Source of the DNA: Flavobacteriales bacterium
GTDB taxonomy: Bacteria; Bacteroidota; Bacteroidia; JANQJC01
DNA: 64,000 nucleotides
NCBI GenBank assembly: GCA_028281825.1
Contig: JANQJC010000100.1
Span: 9,854-73,853, forward strand
Direction of reading: 5' to 3'
Both the position numbers and the translations under genes were made by a program. This document shows, in pieces, positions 47,901 through 56,310 of this stretch. The notes beneath the pieces are model-generated. The model did no database searches and had not been told where the DNA came from. It saw nothing but the letters and a program-made list of their open reading frames with translations. Position 1 is the first letter of the stretch. Every line of letters starts with the position of its first letter.

Positions 47901-48915
47901 TGTAACTATGGTGAATAATGGTTATGGGCCTTTTCCTGGCGGTTTTCCTTTAGTAGTATCTTGCACGGTCAATAATGTAGTTCAAGTAAGTGATACCGTT
48001 GTGCTTTCAGCAGACTGGCCTCAGGGACAAACAATGAGTCATACCTTTAGCCAGGCAATTCATTTATTGCCAAATGGGCCAAATGATATTACGGTAAGCA
48101 TAGGGCATCATGATGATGTGCCAGGAAACGATGCAATCAACCAGTTAGCAGGTAACTATGCACCACCAGTAGCCGATTTTAATGTGTCCAGCCAATGTCA
48201 GGATGCTGTGGTTTTTGAGAACATATCTACAACACCAGCAGGCACCTTGACTTATAATTGGGATTTTGGTGATGGTAACACATCATCCGAGCTAGATCCA
48301 ACACATTCATACACAAGTACAGGCAATCAAACCGTAACATTAATGGCTATTTCTAATACTGGTTGTCAGGATACAACTGAGCAAGTAATAGATGTATATC
48401 CTGCACCAAATGTTAGTCTTTCGCCCTTGAGTGTGGTATGTATCTATCACCAGCCTTTTAGTTTATCTAATGGTAGTCCTTCGGGCGGTACTTACTCAGG
48501 CAATGGAGTTAATAATGGCTACTTTAACCCTGATGCGGCCGGATTGGGTAATCATATCATCACCTACTCTTACACCAATTCCGATGGCTGTTCAGATCAA
48601 TCGTCAACCGTTTTGCAAGTGAGTGAATGTGTGGGAGTGGAAGAGTATGAACTTGGTAATCTTCAAGTTTATCCTAACCCAACTCATGGCTTTGTGAATA
48701 TTGAATTGCCACAAGGCGTGATGTCTGGTATTATATCCAATGGAAATATTAAAGTGAATGATATCCGCGGGAAATTGGTTTACAACAGTAACTTGCAATG
48801 GAACAATAATCCCAGGCTTACCCTTGATTTAAATGGTATTAGTCCAGGGGTATACTTCCTGGAGTTGACGGTTGGCGAAAAGTCAGGTATTACTAAGTTG
48901 GTTATCAGCGAATAA
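44956..48915 (+). CDS. T9SS type-A CTD protein with Ig-like repeats, parallel beta-helix region and PKD domain
   Basis: Signal ALG-Q; YQW..DG..I.GA Ig-like repeats; PITFES and beta-helix-like repeats; PDLGADE; WDFGDG PKD; VYPNPT...GVYFL...KLVIS CTD. Confidence 0.85.
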   Translation: MKFKVIAVTLLSIISIAALGQAPVAYSPSGPYPWGTQTTFSWSSVPGASSYYVEISRYNTFDWGATWGISNISGTTVTWNNLANPNNGETFYWRVRVSNSSTWSNVRSYTYTDQQINYYININQPSSPISICAGGSVFVSGSSNYSGGYSWTLPGATPSSLNSSSGTVVYNTPGTYNITFRKGSHTETEYNYITVLAPPDGNIIEAPNNGRFCQGGQITLTEAHIHENGDTYQWLLDGNNIQGATDTTLTVTSPGNYSLEITNNSCASISNVIPVQYFNADLLQSPTTYHCDGHTVPLTSSTGVPGCSYVWYKDGNVVPGASDSILTVMAPGDYYVVADMPGGGCPTTSQTITVQTNTTYPTADILQGTSTNLCIGDTAELNAYEGVNYTYQWLFNDVVISGADSTSIMASQSGEYTLQTNYNNCISYDTLEIIPIDNPIVTIEPTPGCNGLNQYVRAVSPNATQFNWHNGMQGDSIFLINPGFVKVIAIDNNGCDTEAEYFPDPCYCLGGTYRVGPTGEIPDIQKLNGILDTACTMTGPATFLFETGTYAGRITQSADSILGNTAARPITFESESGIASDVVIEYDSTTNRGGLGFKSKYMNLKNMTFTFFEDRNGHVVSIGNFDGDPNDAAYVVDNVHVIGDSVRGMEFDKGKVTLTNSSIECHDYEGVFLDDCIDVKLINNEIKFIEDDGIRLYDCINVHLKGNKVKYSQNVGRLKHAINLFRCGGEIIIEKNLIQTTNSSGICVTSPLPGANNTLEVSNNMVCMYTSGLAQFSSTSITSGISLLNLDLPTKVYHNSVSNRQLGAPDHARSVAFRIRFEDPYNNSGFDMVGNSSYGLSTNLYMTQHDPSYNINMDYNNWYQTNNNHYQFAINNTAYGSINVLRNNTDYEDHGVSRDPEYVSMTFTNLVDCDLHTGNNLLRNIGDPSIGVFDDYDGHARYQPDLGADELTVADLEMTDLSGVSPSSCQGVYDFSNDSIFTVTMVNNGYGPFPGGFPLVVSCTVNNVVQVSDTVVLSADWPQGQTMSHTFSQAIHLLPNGPNDITVSIGHHDDVPGNDAINQLAGNYAPPVADFNVSSQCQDAVVFENISTTPAGTLTYNWDFGDGNTSSELDPTHSYTSTGNQTVTLMAISNTGCQDTTEQVIDVYPAPNVSLSPLSVVCIYHQPFSLSNGSPSGGTYSGNGVNNGYFNPDAAGLGNHIITYSYTNSDGCSDQSSTVLQVSECVGVEEYELGNLQVYPNPTHGFVNIELPQGVMSGIISNGNIKVNDIRGKLVYNSNLQWNNNPRLTLDLNGISPGVYFLELTVGEKSGITKLVISE

Positions 48916-48971
48916 TTTCCTTGTGGGTTTAATTCTTATTTTAGCCAGCACTATCGTTTAAACGTCAGGCA

Positions 48972-49718
48972 TTGGCTTCAGGAATATTAGAAGGCAGTAG
49001 CCCAAAAAGCTACGCTCCCAAATTTGATTCAAGGCAAGTTAAGTTTGCCAACAGGCTTTATCTACTTTTAGCGGGCTTGTTTGTCACTGCATTAGTTACC
49101 TGTAACCTTATCGCCAACAAATTTATTACAGTTGACTTAGGTTTTAAAGAGTTTACCATTTCGGCAGGTGTATTGCCTTATCCCATCACATTTTTAATCA
49201 CGGATATCCTATCGGAGATATACGGCAAGAAGAAAACCAATATGGTAGTGTATGTGGGTTTTTTCGCCTCGATTTTCGTGCTGTTTATCTTATGGTTGGG
49301 TAGTCAATTCAATGCCATACCTGATTCCCCGGTAAGCGATGAATACTATGATGTAGTCTTCCAAAACTCTTGGAGGGTAATCTTGGCATCAATGGCAGCC
49401 TACCTTACAGCTCAATTAGTGGATATAAGGCTTTTTCATTTTTGGAAAAACTTGACCAATGGAGAGAAACTCTGGCTAAGGAATAATGCTTCTACAGTGG
49501 TCTCACAGTTGGTAGATACCACACTGGTGGTTTTAGTGTTGTTTGTCGGAACGCTACCTTTTGGAACCATGAGAGGCTTTATCTTAGATGGATGGATTTT
49601 TAAAATGCTGTGCGCATTTGTGGACACTATATTCATATATGCAATAGTGGGATGGATAAGAGGTAAGCTCGATTTGAAAATGGGTGAGGAGATAGTATAT
49701 GATGATGGGGTTATATGA
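48972..49718 (+). CDS. Queuosine precursor transporter (VUT/YhhQ family)
   Basis: NLIANK, YPITFLITDILSEIYG, ASMAAYLTAQLVD, LWLRNNASTVVSQLVDT. Confidence 0.88.
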   Translation: MASGILEGSSPKSYAPKFDSRQVKFANRLYLLLAGLFVTALVTCNLIANKFITVDLGFKEFTISAGVLPYPITFLITDILSEIYGKKKTNMVVYVGFFASIFVLFILWLGSQFNAIPDSPVSDEYYDVVFQNSWRVILASMAAYLTAQLVDIRLFHFWKNLTNGEKLWLRNNASTVVSQLVDTTLVVLVLFVGTLPFGTMRGFILDGWIFKMLCAFVDTIFIYAIVGWIRGKLDLKMGEEIVYDDGVI

Positions 49719-49804
49719 CCATTTTTGGCGCGGAATTTGTGGCAAATAACCAGCCTTACAGTAAGGATTAGTATTTTTGTATTTCTTATAGCCAAAGCAT
49801 TGAT

Positions 49805-52009
49805 ATGAGTAACGTTAACATGAAAAAGCTTTTTGGGTCAATCTTTGTGCTGCTACTAGCAGCTTTTGCCTTCTTGATAGTATCCTGCACTTTTAGTGAG
49901 CAACCTGTAAACAGGGTTGAAGCAACTCCTCAAATATTCGATCCAGTCAAATGGAGCTTTTCTACTGAGCCTGGAGGCGACAGCGAAATAGTACTTGTGT
50001 TTACTGCCAAAATTGAGGAAGGCTGGCACCTTTACTCTCAAGATATCCCTGAAGGTGGCCCAATAGCCACCTCTTTTAGCTTTAATGCCAGTAATAAATA
50101 TGAGTTGGTGGGCAAGGTAACAGAACCTGAGGCCATTGAAGAGGAAGACCCAAACTTCATGATGGTACTCAAGTATTTCGAGCACGAAGTAAAGTTCAAG
50201 CAAAAGGTAAAAGTAAAATCAGACAAGAAGTTTACCCTTGATGGCGAGTTGGAGTTTATGGTGTGTGATGACCAGCGTTGCTTACCGCCAGACTACTATG
50301 AGTTTAAGTTTGATATAGAGCCGCCCAAAAAGAAAAAAGACGGAGAAAAAGGTAGTGTGGAACCTGTTTCCAATCAGGAAAATGACAGCAACCCCACAGC
50401 AAAAGCAGGGACAGTTGAGCCAGAAAAGCTGCCAGAAGAAGTTATTAAGGAAGAAGCTGTTGCAGTGGCTCCCCATAAAAAGGAAGTAATCAAGCAGGCT
50501 GAGGAGGAAACTGTTGTTGAAGTTCCTGTGCATGAAAGCGAAACAAGCAATCTCTCTTTTTGGATGATATTTATCAAAGGCTTTATTGGGGGGCTATTTG
50601 CGCTTCTCACACCCTGCGTATTCCCAATGATACCAATGACGGTGAGCTTCTTCACCAAACGCAGCAAGGACAGGGCAAAAGGAATAACCAATGCATTTGT
50701 TTATGGCTTTTTCATTATTGCCATATACACAGGTTTGGGTTTGGCTATTACTTTAACCTTAGGTGCTGACGCACTGAATGATATGGCAAGTAGTGCCTTT
50801 TTCAACCTGCTCTTCTTTTTTATACTTGTGATTTTCGGCCTTTCTTTCTTGGGTGCTTTTGAGATAACCTTGCCCAGCTCATGGATAAATAAAGCGGACA
50901 CAGCTTCGGATAAAGGTGGTCTTTTAGGAATTTTCTTTATGGCCTTTACACTCTCTTTGGTATCGTTCTCCTGCACAGGGCCAATCGTGGGCACTTTGCT
51001 TGTGGATGCAGCCTTGGGTGGTAATGTGGCTGGTCCGGCGGTGGGTATGTTCGGTTTCTCATTGGCGTTGGCATTACCATTCGGTCTTTTTGCCGCTTTC
51101 CCAGGTTGGATGAACTCTCTACCAAAATCTGGTGGTTGGTTAAACTCAGTAAAAGTCACTTTAGGTATTTTGGAGTTGGCCTTAGCACTCAAGTTTCTCT
51201 CCAATGTTGACTTAGCCTATCATTGGGGTATCATCACCAGAGAGGTATTTATCGCTCTCTGGATAGTGATATTTGGAACTTTGGGTTTTTACTTATTGGG
51301 AAAAATACGTTTCTCCCATGATAGCAAAACAGAGTTTATTTCCATACCAAGGTACTTAATGGCAGTGGTGACTTTTGCCTTTGTAGTATATCTGATACCT
51401 GGTTTATGGGGAGCGCCTCTGAAGTTGATTAGCGGTTTTCCTCCACCAAGTTTTTATACTGAAGGGTGGAATTTCTCATCAGCAGGTAATGAGGGGGGCA
51501 ACCAAGGCGACATAGGATATATTGAGGGTGTTGATAGGGAGCATTGTCCCCATGGCCTAACCTGTTTTCATGACTATGAGCTGGCATTGGAATATGCTCG
51601 TAAAGTGAACAAACCGCTAATGGTGGACTTTACTGGTTGGTCTTGCGTTAACTGTCGTAAGATGGAAGACAACGTATGGATAGACCCTCGCGTATGGGAA
51701 AGGCTGGAAAACAAGTATGTACTGGTATCCCTATATGTAGATGATAAAACACCTTTGCCCAAAGACCAGCATTGGGTTTCTGAAGTAACAGGTAAGAGAA
51801 TAAACACCCTTGGCAGGAAATGGAGCGAGTTCCAGACCAGGGTTTATAAGACCAACTCACAACCCTACTATGTATTACTTGACCATGAGGAAAAGCCATT
51901 GGCAAGTACCCGCGCCTACGACCCTGATATCGAAGAATACATCAACTGGCTGGATAGTGGGGTTAAAGAGTTTGCCAAAAGAGAAAAGCAAGAGTTAAGC
52001 AGCCTTTAG
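49805..52009 (+). CDS. dsbD: Thiol:disulfide interchange protein DsbD family
   Basis: GWHLYS N-domain with C...C.PP, LLTPCVFPMIP, SFSCTGP, PKSGGWLN, DFTGWSCVNCRKME thioredoxin. Confidence 0.9.
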   Translation: MSNVNMKKLFGSIFVLLLAAFAFLIVSCTFSEQPVNRVEATPQIFDPVKWSFSTEPGGDSEIVLVFTAKIEEGWHLYSQDIPEGGPIATSFSFNASNKYELVGKVTEPEAIEEEDPNFMMVLKYFEHEVKFKQKVKVKSDKKFTLDGELEFMVCDDQRCLPPDYYEFKFDIEPPKKKKDGEKGSVEPVSNQENDSNPTAKAGTVEPEKLPEEVIKEEAVAVAPHKKEVIKQAEEETVVEVPVHESETSNLSFWMIFIKGFIGGLFALLTPCVFPMIPMTVSFFTKRSKDRAKGITNAFVYGFFIIAIYTGLGLAITLTLGADALNDMASSAFFNLLFFFILVIFGLSFLGAFEITLPSSWINKADTASDKGGLLGIFFMAFTLSLVSFSCTGPIVGTLLVDAALGGNVAGPAVGMFGFSLALALPFGLFAAFPGWMNSLPKSGGWLNSVKVTLGILELALALKFLSNVDLAYHWGIITREVFIALWIVIFGTLGFYLLGKIRFSHDSKTEFISIPRYLMAVVTFAFVVYLIPGLWGAPLKLISGFPPPSFYTEGWNFSSAGNEGGNQGDIGYIEGVDREHCPHGLTCFHDYELALEYARKVNKPLMVDFTGWSCVNCRKMEDNVWIDPRVWERLENKYVLVSLYVDDKTPLPKDQHWVSEVTGKRINTLGRKWSEFQTRVYKTNSQPYYVLLDHEEKPLASTRAYDPDIEEYINWLDSGVKEFAKREKQELSSL

Positions 52010-52107
52010 TGGTCAAAAAGAAGGGTGTAAGCGCAATTCGTGCCTGATTTTCAAGCAATTATTTCATTAATGGTTATATTCGGGGGAAATTTTCAAATTA
52101 TTTCCCG

Positions 52108-53682
52108 ATGGAGACTACTGCAACACAAACTATTGACGTTGTAAATCCTATTACACTTGAGAAACTATACCACATAGAAGAAACTTCTCAGGAAAAGGTT
52201 GACCAAATTTTTAAAACTGCTCGCGAAGTACAGCCTAAGATAGAGGATATGAGCGTGGAGCAAAGAGTAAACGAAGTACTCAAGATTCGTGACTATATCA
52301 TTGAGAACCGTGAGGCTATTCTCACACGCATTATTCAGGAAACAGGTAAATCCCGTGTGGATGGAATGACCTCTGAGGTGTTCGAAATCATTGATGTGAT
52401 TGATGTATTCCGCAAGTTGACACCCAAAGTGCTGAAGTCAAAAAGTGTTGCCACTCCTATTGTGTTAGTGGGTAAGAAGTCTGAAGTATGGTACGAGCCA
52501 TTGGGAACCATCCTGGTTATCCCACCTTGGAACTATCCATTGTATCAAGCATTAGTGCCTTCAATCATGGCCTTCCTATCTGGCAATTCGGTTGTTGTAA
52601 AACCATCAGAGGTAACTCCATTGCAAGGTTTGATAGAGGAGATTATCGACAAGAGTGGGTTCATGAAAAATGCCATTCAAGTAGCGTATGGTTCTGGTAT
52701 CACCGGTGTTAAATTAATAGACGCCCAACCAGATAAAATTCACTTTACAGGCAGTTGCAAAACAGGTAAGAAGATAATGGCTCAGGCATCTCAATATCTC
52801 ATTCCTGTTGACTTGGAATTGGGTGGTAAAGATGCCGCTATAGTATTTGACGACATTAATATTGAAAGAACGGTAAACGGTATCATGTGGGGTGGCTACA
52901 CTACAGGAGGTCAGTCTTGTACTTCAGTAGAGCGTTGCTATGTGCAGGAAGGTATTTACGATAAGTTCGTTGAAATGATAGTAGATAGAAGTAAAAAACT
53001 TCGTCCATCACATGCTAATAGAAACATTGAAGACCCTGAAGATTGCGATGTAGGTACTGTAACTACGGAGTTCCAGGTGAAGATTATAGAAGACCATATT
53101 AAGGATGCTGTAGAGAAAGGTGCCAAAGTATTGTGTGGTGGCAGCCGTGAAAGTAATACTCGCCACTTTCCTCCTACAGTGATAGTAGATGTTACCCATG
53201 ATATGAAAATCATGATAGACGAAACTTTTGGTCCCGTTATCCCAGTTATGAAATTCAAGACTGAGGAAGAAGCCATTCGCTTGGCGAATGATAGCGAATA
53301 TGGACTAGGTGGCAGCGTTTGGTCTAAAAACTTAACAAGGGCAAGAAGGGTGGCAGGTAAGATTAAAACGGGTAACCTTTCTATCAATAACCACATGTTG
53401 AACGAAGGTAATCCAAATCTACCTTTCGGTGGAACTAAGAACAGTGGTTTTGGTCGCTACAAAGGTGACTTAGGACTTTATACCTTCTCAAATGCTAAGT
53501 CTGTATTGGTAGATAAAGATAGCTCCAATATTGACCCTAACTGGTACCCATTCACAAAAACTAAGTACACCCTTTTGAGTCAAATTATAGACCATCTTTT
53601 CTCAAGGAAGAAGAACCTTATAAAGTTCGCCTTGGTAGGTTTGAAAATTAATTCCATTGGTAAGAAAGAGAAATTAAATTGA
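52108..53682 (+). CDS. Aldehyde dehydrogenase family protein
   Basis: PWNYP, KPSE, FTGS, LELGGKD, GQSC, ETFGP, PFGGTKNSGFGR. Confidence 0.93.
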   Translation: METTATQTIDVVNPITLEKLYHIEETSQEKVDQIFKTAREVQPKIEDMSVEQRVNEVLKIRDYIIENREAILTRIIQETGKSRVDGMTSEVFEIIDVIDVFRKLTPKVLKSKSVATPIVLVGKKSEVWYEPLGTILVIPPWNYPLYQALVPSIMAFLSGNSVVVKPSEVTPLQGLIEEIIDKSGFMKNAIQVAYGSGITGVKLIDAQPDKIHFTGSCKTGKKIMAQASQYLIPVDLELGGKDAAIVFDDINIERTVNGIMWGGYTTGGQSCTSVERCYVQEGIYDKFVEMIVDRSKKLRPSHANRNIEDPEDCDVGTVTTEFQVKIIEDHIKDAVEKGAKVLCGGSRESNTRHFPPTVIVDVTHDMKIMIDETFGPVIPVMKFKTEEEAIRLANDSEYGLGGSVWSKNLTRARRVAGKIKTGNLSINNHMLNEGNPNLPFGGTKNSGFGRYKGDLGLYTFSNAKSVLVDKDSSNIDPNWYPFTKTKYTLLSQIIDHLFSRKKNLIKFALVGLKINSIGKKEKLN

Positions 53683-53706
53683 TACATTGCTAAATTGTCA
53701 AACTGT
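53675..53706 (+). repeat. Four 8-bp repeats (consensus TAWATTGY), left arm of four-helix-bundle cassette 1
   Basis: TAAATTGA TACATTGC TAAATTGT CAAACTGT; the first unit contains the ALDH stop codon. Confidence 0.8.
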
Positions 53707-54086
53707 TGAAGGGTTCAGGTTTTTTGAAATTAAATGATATTGGGGCTTACAAAAAGTCTTTCCATTTAAGTAACTATGTTTGGAACATTGTGCTTGATTG
53801 GGATCATTTTCAAAAATCAACAGTTGGACATCAATTTGTAAGGTCTGTGGATTCTATTTCTGCAAATGTGGCAGAAGGTTTTGGAAGATATAGCAAGAAA
53901 GATAAGATTAAGTTTTATAGAATAAGTCAAGGTTCCTTGTTGGAATCTCTCAATTGGAATGAGAAAGCAAGGGTAAGACAATTACTCAAAGAGGAAGAAT
54001 ATCAAAAAATTCTCAATGAGTTGAAAGAACTTCCAAGGGATATTAACTCCTTGATTAAGTTCACAAATGATAAATTAACAATTTAA
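53706..54086 (+). CDS. Four helix bundle protein (23S rRNA IVS-protein/Avd-like family)
   Basis: QFVRSVDSISANVAEGFGRYSKKDKIKFYRISQGSLLE (S...NIAEG..R motif); TTG start. Confidence 0.88.
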   Translation: MKGSGFLKLNDIGAYKKSFHLSNYVWNIVLDWDHFQKSTVGHQFVRSVDSISANVAEGFGRYSKKDKIKFYRISQGSLLESLNWNEKARVRQLLKEEEYQKILNELKELPRDINSLIKFTNDKLTI

Positions 54087-54109
54087 CAGTATAGCAATTT
54101 AACAATTAA
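54070..54109 (+). repeat. 8-bp repeats (RCAATWTA), right arm of cassette 1, inverted relative to the left arm
   Basis: ATAAATTA ACAATTTA ACAGTATA GCAATTTA ACAATTAA; ACAATTTA is the reverse complement of TAAATTGT. Confidence 0.8.
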
Positions 54110-54113
54110 TTAG

Positions 54114-55493
54114 ATGTACGATTTTATTGTAATTGGCTCCGGTTCATCAGGCGGTACACTGGCAAGAAACCTTCATGAGTCAGGTGCTAAAGTGCTTTTG
54201 CTAGAAGCAGGAAAGTTTTTTCGTAAAAACACTTTCCCAAAGTCAGAAATGGACTTCTCAGCCCAATTATTTTGGGGTGGGGGTATTGAGTTTGATGTAG
54301 ATGCCAAAACAGCATTCCTAAGAGCTAAAACAGTTGGTGGAACTACTATCGTCAATCAGTGTTTGATGGATAGGTTTGATGACAGCGCCTGGGATGATTG
54401 GAAGCAGCGAAGCGGGGTAGACTACTTTACAGTAGACCAAATGACTCCCTATTATGAGCGAGCAGAAGCCAAATTGCAGTTGAGAACTTTTACCAATGAT
54501 AATTTCAACAAGAATGCTAAACTATTCACAGAGGCATGCGATAAACTAGGCCACGGCTGGAAACACCTGAGAAGGGGAGAAAGCGATTGTAAGCATGAAG
54601 ATGGCAATGATTGTATTGGCTGTTTGGGTGGTTGCTTTCGAGATTCAAAACAAAGTTCATTGGTATCTTCAATTCAGGTGGCTGAGCAAAAAGGCTTGGA
54701 GATAAAAGCCGAGTTTGAAGTAGATAAAATTGAGCATCACGATGACCATGTAGTGCTCCATGGTAATCATAAAGGACAAAAGGAAGCCCTGAAAGCAGCT
54801 AAAGTTTGTATTGCAGGTGGCTCTTTTGGTACCACTAAAATGATGTTGGCTTCGGGATATAAATCCAAGCTACCGGCCTTGGGTAAAGGTTTTTGTCAGC
54901 ACCCGCAATTTATGCTGTTTGGTATGTTTGATGATTATGTAGATGCCCACAAAGGAGCTTTCCAAACAGTAGCTTCTTATGACCCAAATTTTAGGAAGAA
55001 AGGCTTTAAACTAGAAAATGTATATGCACAACCCATTTCTGTGGGTATGTTATTCAATGTGTATGGCAAAGACCATCAAGAAATCATGCGTAACTATCGC
55101 AAAATGTCATGTATAGAAGTGGCCGTGCGTGACCAACCAGAAGGTGGTGAAATAAGCATGGATAAAAAGGGTAATCTTAAAGTGAAGAAGGTGCTTACCG
55201 AGCAGGATAAAACCCGCCGTGATGAGGGCTTGGATACCATTCGCAATATTTTGAGTGCACAGGGGGCCAAAAGAGTAGTCGACTCACCTTTCTATTTTGG
55301 TTTGCATTTGATGGGCGGTTGTGCTATTGGTACAGATGCTGATAAGTCAGTGGTGAATCCTGACTTCCAGGTGCATGGGCATAAAAACCTATACATCGCA
55401 GATACAAGCGTTTATCCAAGCGCACCGGGCATCAACCCGTCATTAACCGCAATGACGTTATCTCAAAAACTAAGTGAAGAACTTGTGAAATAA
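54114..55493 (+). CDS. GMC family oxidoreductase
   Basis: VIGSGSSGG, LLEAG, VGGTTIVN, C..C..GC, HLMGGC, NLYIADTSVYPSAPGINPSLT. Confidence 0.9.
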   Translation: MYDFIVIGSGSSGGTLARNLHESGAKVLLLEAGKFFRKNTFPKSEMDFSAQLFWGGGIEFDVDAKTAFLRAKTVGGTTIVNQCLMDRFDDSAWDDWKQRSGVDYFTVDQMTPYYERAEAKLQLRTFTNDNFNKNAKLFTEACDKLGHGWKHLRRGESDCKHEDGNDCIGCLGGCFRDSKQSSLVSSIQVAEQKGLEIKAEFEVDKIEHHDDHVVLHGNHKGQKEALKAAKVCIAGGSFGTTKMMLASGYKSKLPALGKGFCQHPQFMLFGMFDDYVDAHKGAFQTVASYDPNFRKKGFKLENVYAQPISVGMLFNVYGKDHQEIMRNYRKMSCIEVAVRDQPEGGEISMDKKGNLKVKKVLTEQDKTRRDEGLDTIRNILSAQGAKRVVDSPFYFGLHLMGGCAIGTDADKSVVNPDFQVHGHKNLYIADTSVYPSAPGINPSLTAMTLSQKLSEELVK

Positions 55494-55522
55494 ATGGTTG
55501 TACTGTCATATTGCTATATTGT
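55491..55522 (+). repeat. Four 8-bp repeats, left arm of four-helix-bundle cassette 2
   Basis: TAAATGGT TGTACTGT CATATTGC TATATTGT; the first unit begins with the GMC stop codon. Confidence 0.75.
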
Positions 55523-55529
55523 TGGAACG

Positions 55530-55901
55530 ATGAGTTATCTTAAATTGAATGATATAAATGTCTATAAAAGAGCATTTCATTTGAGTAATTATGTTTGGGA
55601 AATTGTAATGCAATGTGACCAGTTTACTAAGAGAACTCTAGGTCAACAATTTGTGAATGCCGTCGATGCAATCTCAGCAAATGTGGCTGAAGGATTTGGA
55701 AGGTATAGTAAGAAAGACAAAATTCGCTTTTACAGGATAAGTATGGGTTCTGTTATGGAAGCACTTGATTGGAATGAGAAAGCCAAAACAAGGAGAATAA
55801 TAAATGAAGACCAATACTCCAAAATATTGCAAGAATTAAAGGAGTTTCCAAGAGAGATTAATCACTTGATTAAGTTTACAAATGAAAAATTAGCAATATA
55901 A
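55530..55901 (+). CDS. Four helix bundle protein (second copy)
   Basis: ISANVAEGFGRYSKKDKIRFYRIS; about 83/120 identical to copy 1 by manual alignment; ATG 55530 preferred because the 55494 extension is translated repeat DNA. Confidence 0.88.
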   Translation: MSYLKLNDINVYKRAFHLSNYVWEIVMQCDQFTKRTLGQQFVNAVDAISANVAEGFGRYSKKDKIRFYRISMGSVMEALDWNEKAKTRRIINEDQYSKILQELKEFPREINHLIKFTNEKLAI

Positions 55902-55916
55902 CAGTATAGCCATGTC
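55885..55916 (+). repeat. 8-bp repeats, right arm of cassette 2
   Basis: AAAAATTA GCAATATA ACAGTATA GCCATGTC; the last unit contains the next gene's ATG. Confidence 0.72.
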
Positions 55917-56310
55917 TAAAATATTAAGTAAATCCGCAGTAAAAGCCTTAACAAGAATAGGTGATATACTTTGTCCAAAAAATGGTGACTTCCCAGCCTA
56001 TTCTGAAGTGGGTTGTATAGAACATGTAGATGATGTGATTGGTTATGCGCCAGCTTCAGACATTGGAGACTTAAATATGCTGCTTTCCATACTGGCCTAT
56101 ATGCCAGCGGGTGCGCTAAACTGGCTAGTTAAAACCATGAATGATAGCCATAATAAAGAAGGTGGTTTCGCTACCTTAATGCGCCAGCTTGACTTCGGAC
56201 TTAAGGGAATAATATATGGCACTTACTACTCAGGTAAAGTAGGGGCCAACTACAAAGGAAAAACCCCACAAGAAGTTATCGAGTTTGATATCGTAAGGAT
56301 GGAAAACTAG
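55912..56310 (+). CDS. Hypothetical protein, possible small partner of the GMC oxidoreductase
   Basis: 132-aa helical protein ending ...LKGIIYGTYYSG...; last gene of the ALDH-GMC operon. Confidence 0.7.
   Translation: MSKILSKSAVKALTRIGDILCPKNGDFPAYSEVGCIEHVDDVIGYAPASDIGDLNMLLSILAYMPAGALNWLVKTMNDSHNKEGGFATLMRQLDFGLKGIIYGTYYSGKVGANYKGKTPQEVIEFDIVRMEN

Noticed and set aside
48916-48971. preQ1 riboswitch upstream of the queuosine precursor transporter
   Set aside because: The short leader shows no recognisable preQ1 stem-loop with A-rich tail.
50320-50550. Low-complexity Glu/Lys/Pro-rich insert in DsbD as a foreign element
   Set aside because: It is in frame and at the usual variable linker between the N-domain and the TM domain.
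55494-55529. N-terminal extension MVVLSYCYIVGT of the second four-helix-bundle protein
   Set aside because: It is the translation of the 8-bp repeat arm; similarity to copy 1 begins at ATG 55530.
53706-55901. 23S rRNA intervening sequence
   Set aside because: The flanks are protein-coding genes; no rRNA sequence is present.
53675-55916. Diversity-generating retroelement (because the four-helix-bundle proteins are Avd-like)
   Set aside because: No reverse transcriptase and no TR/VR pair with adenine-specific mismatches seen in the window.
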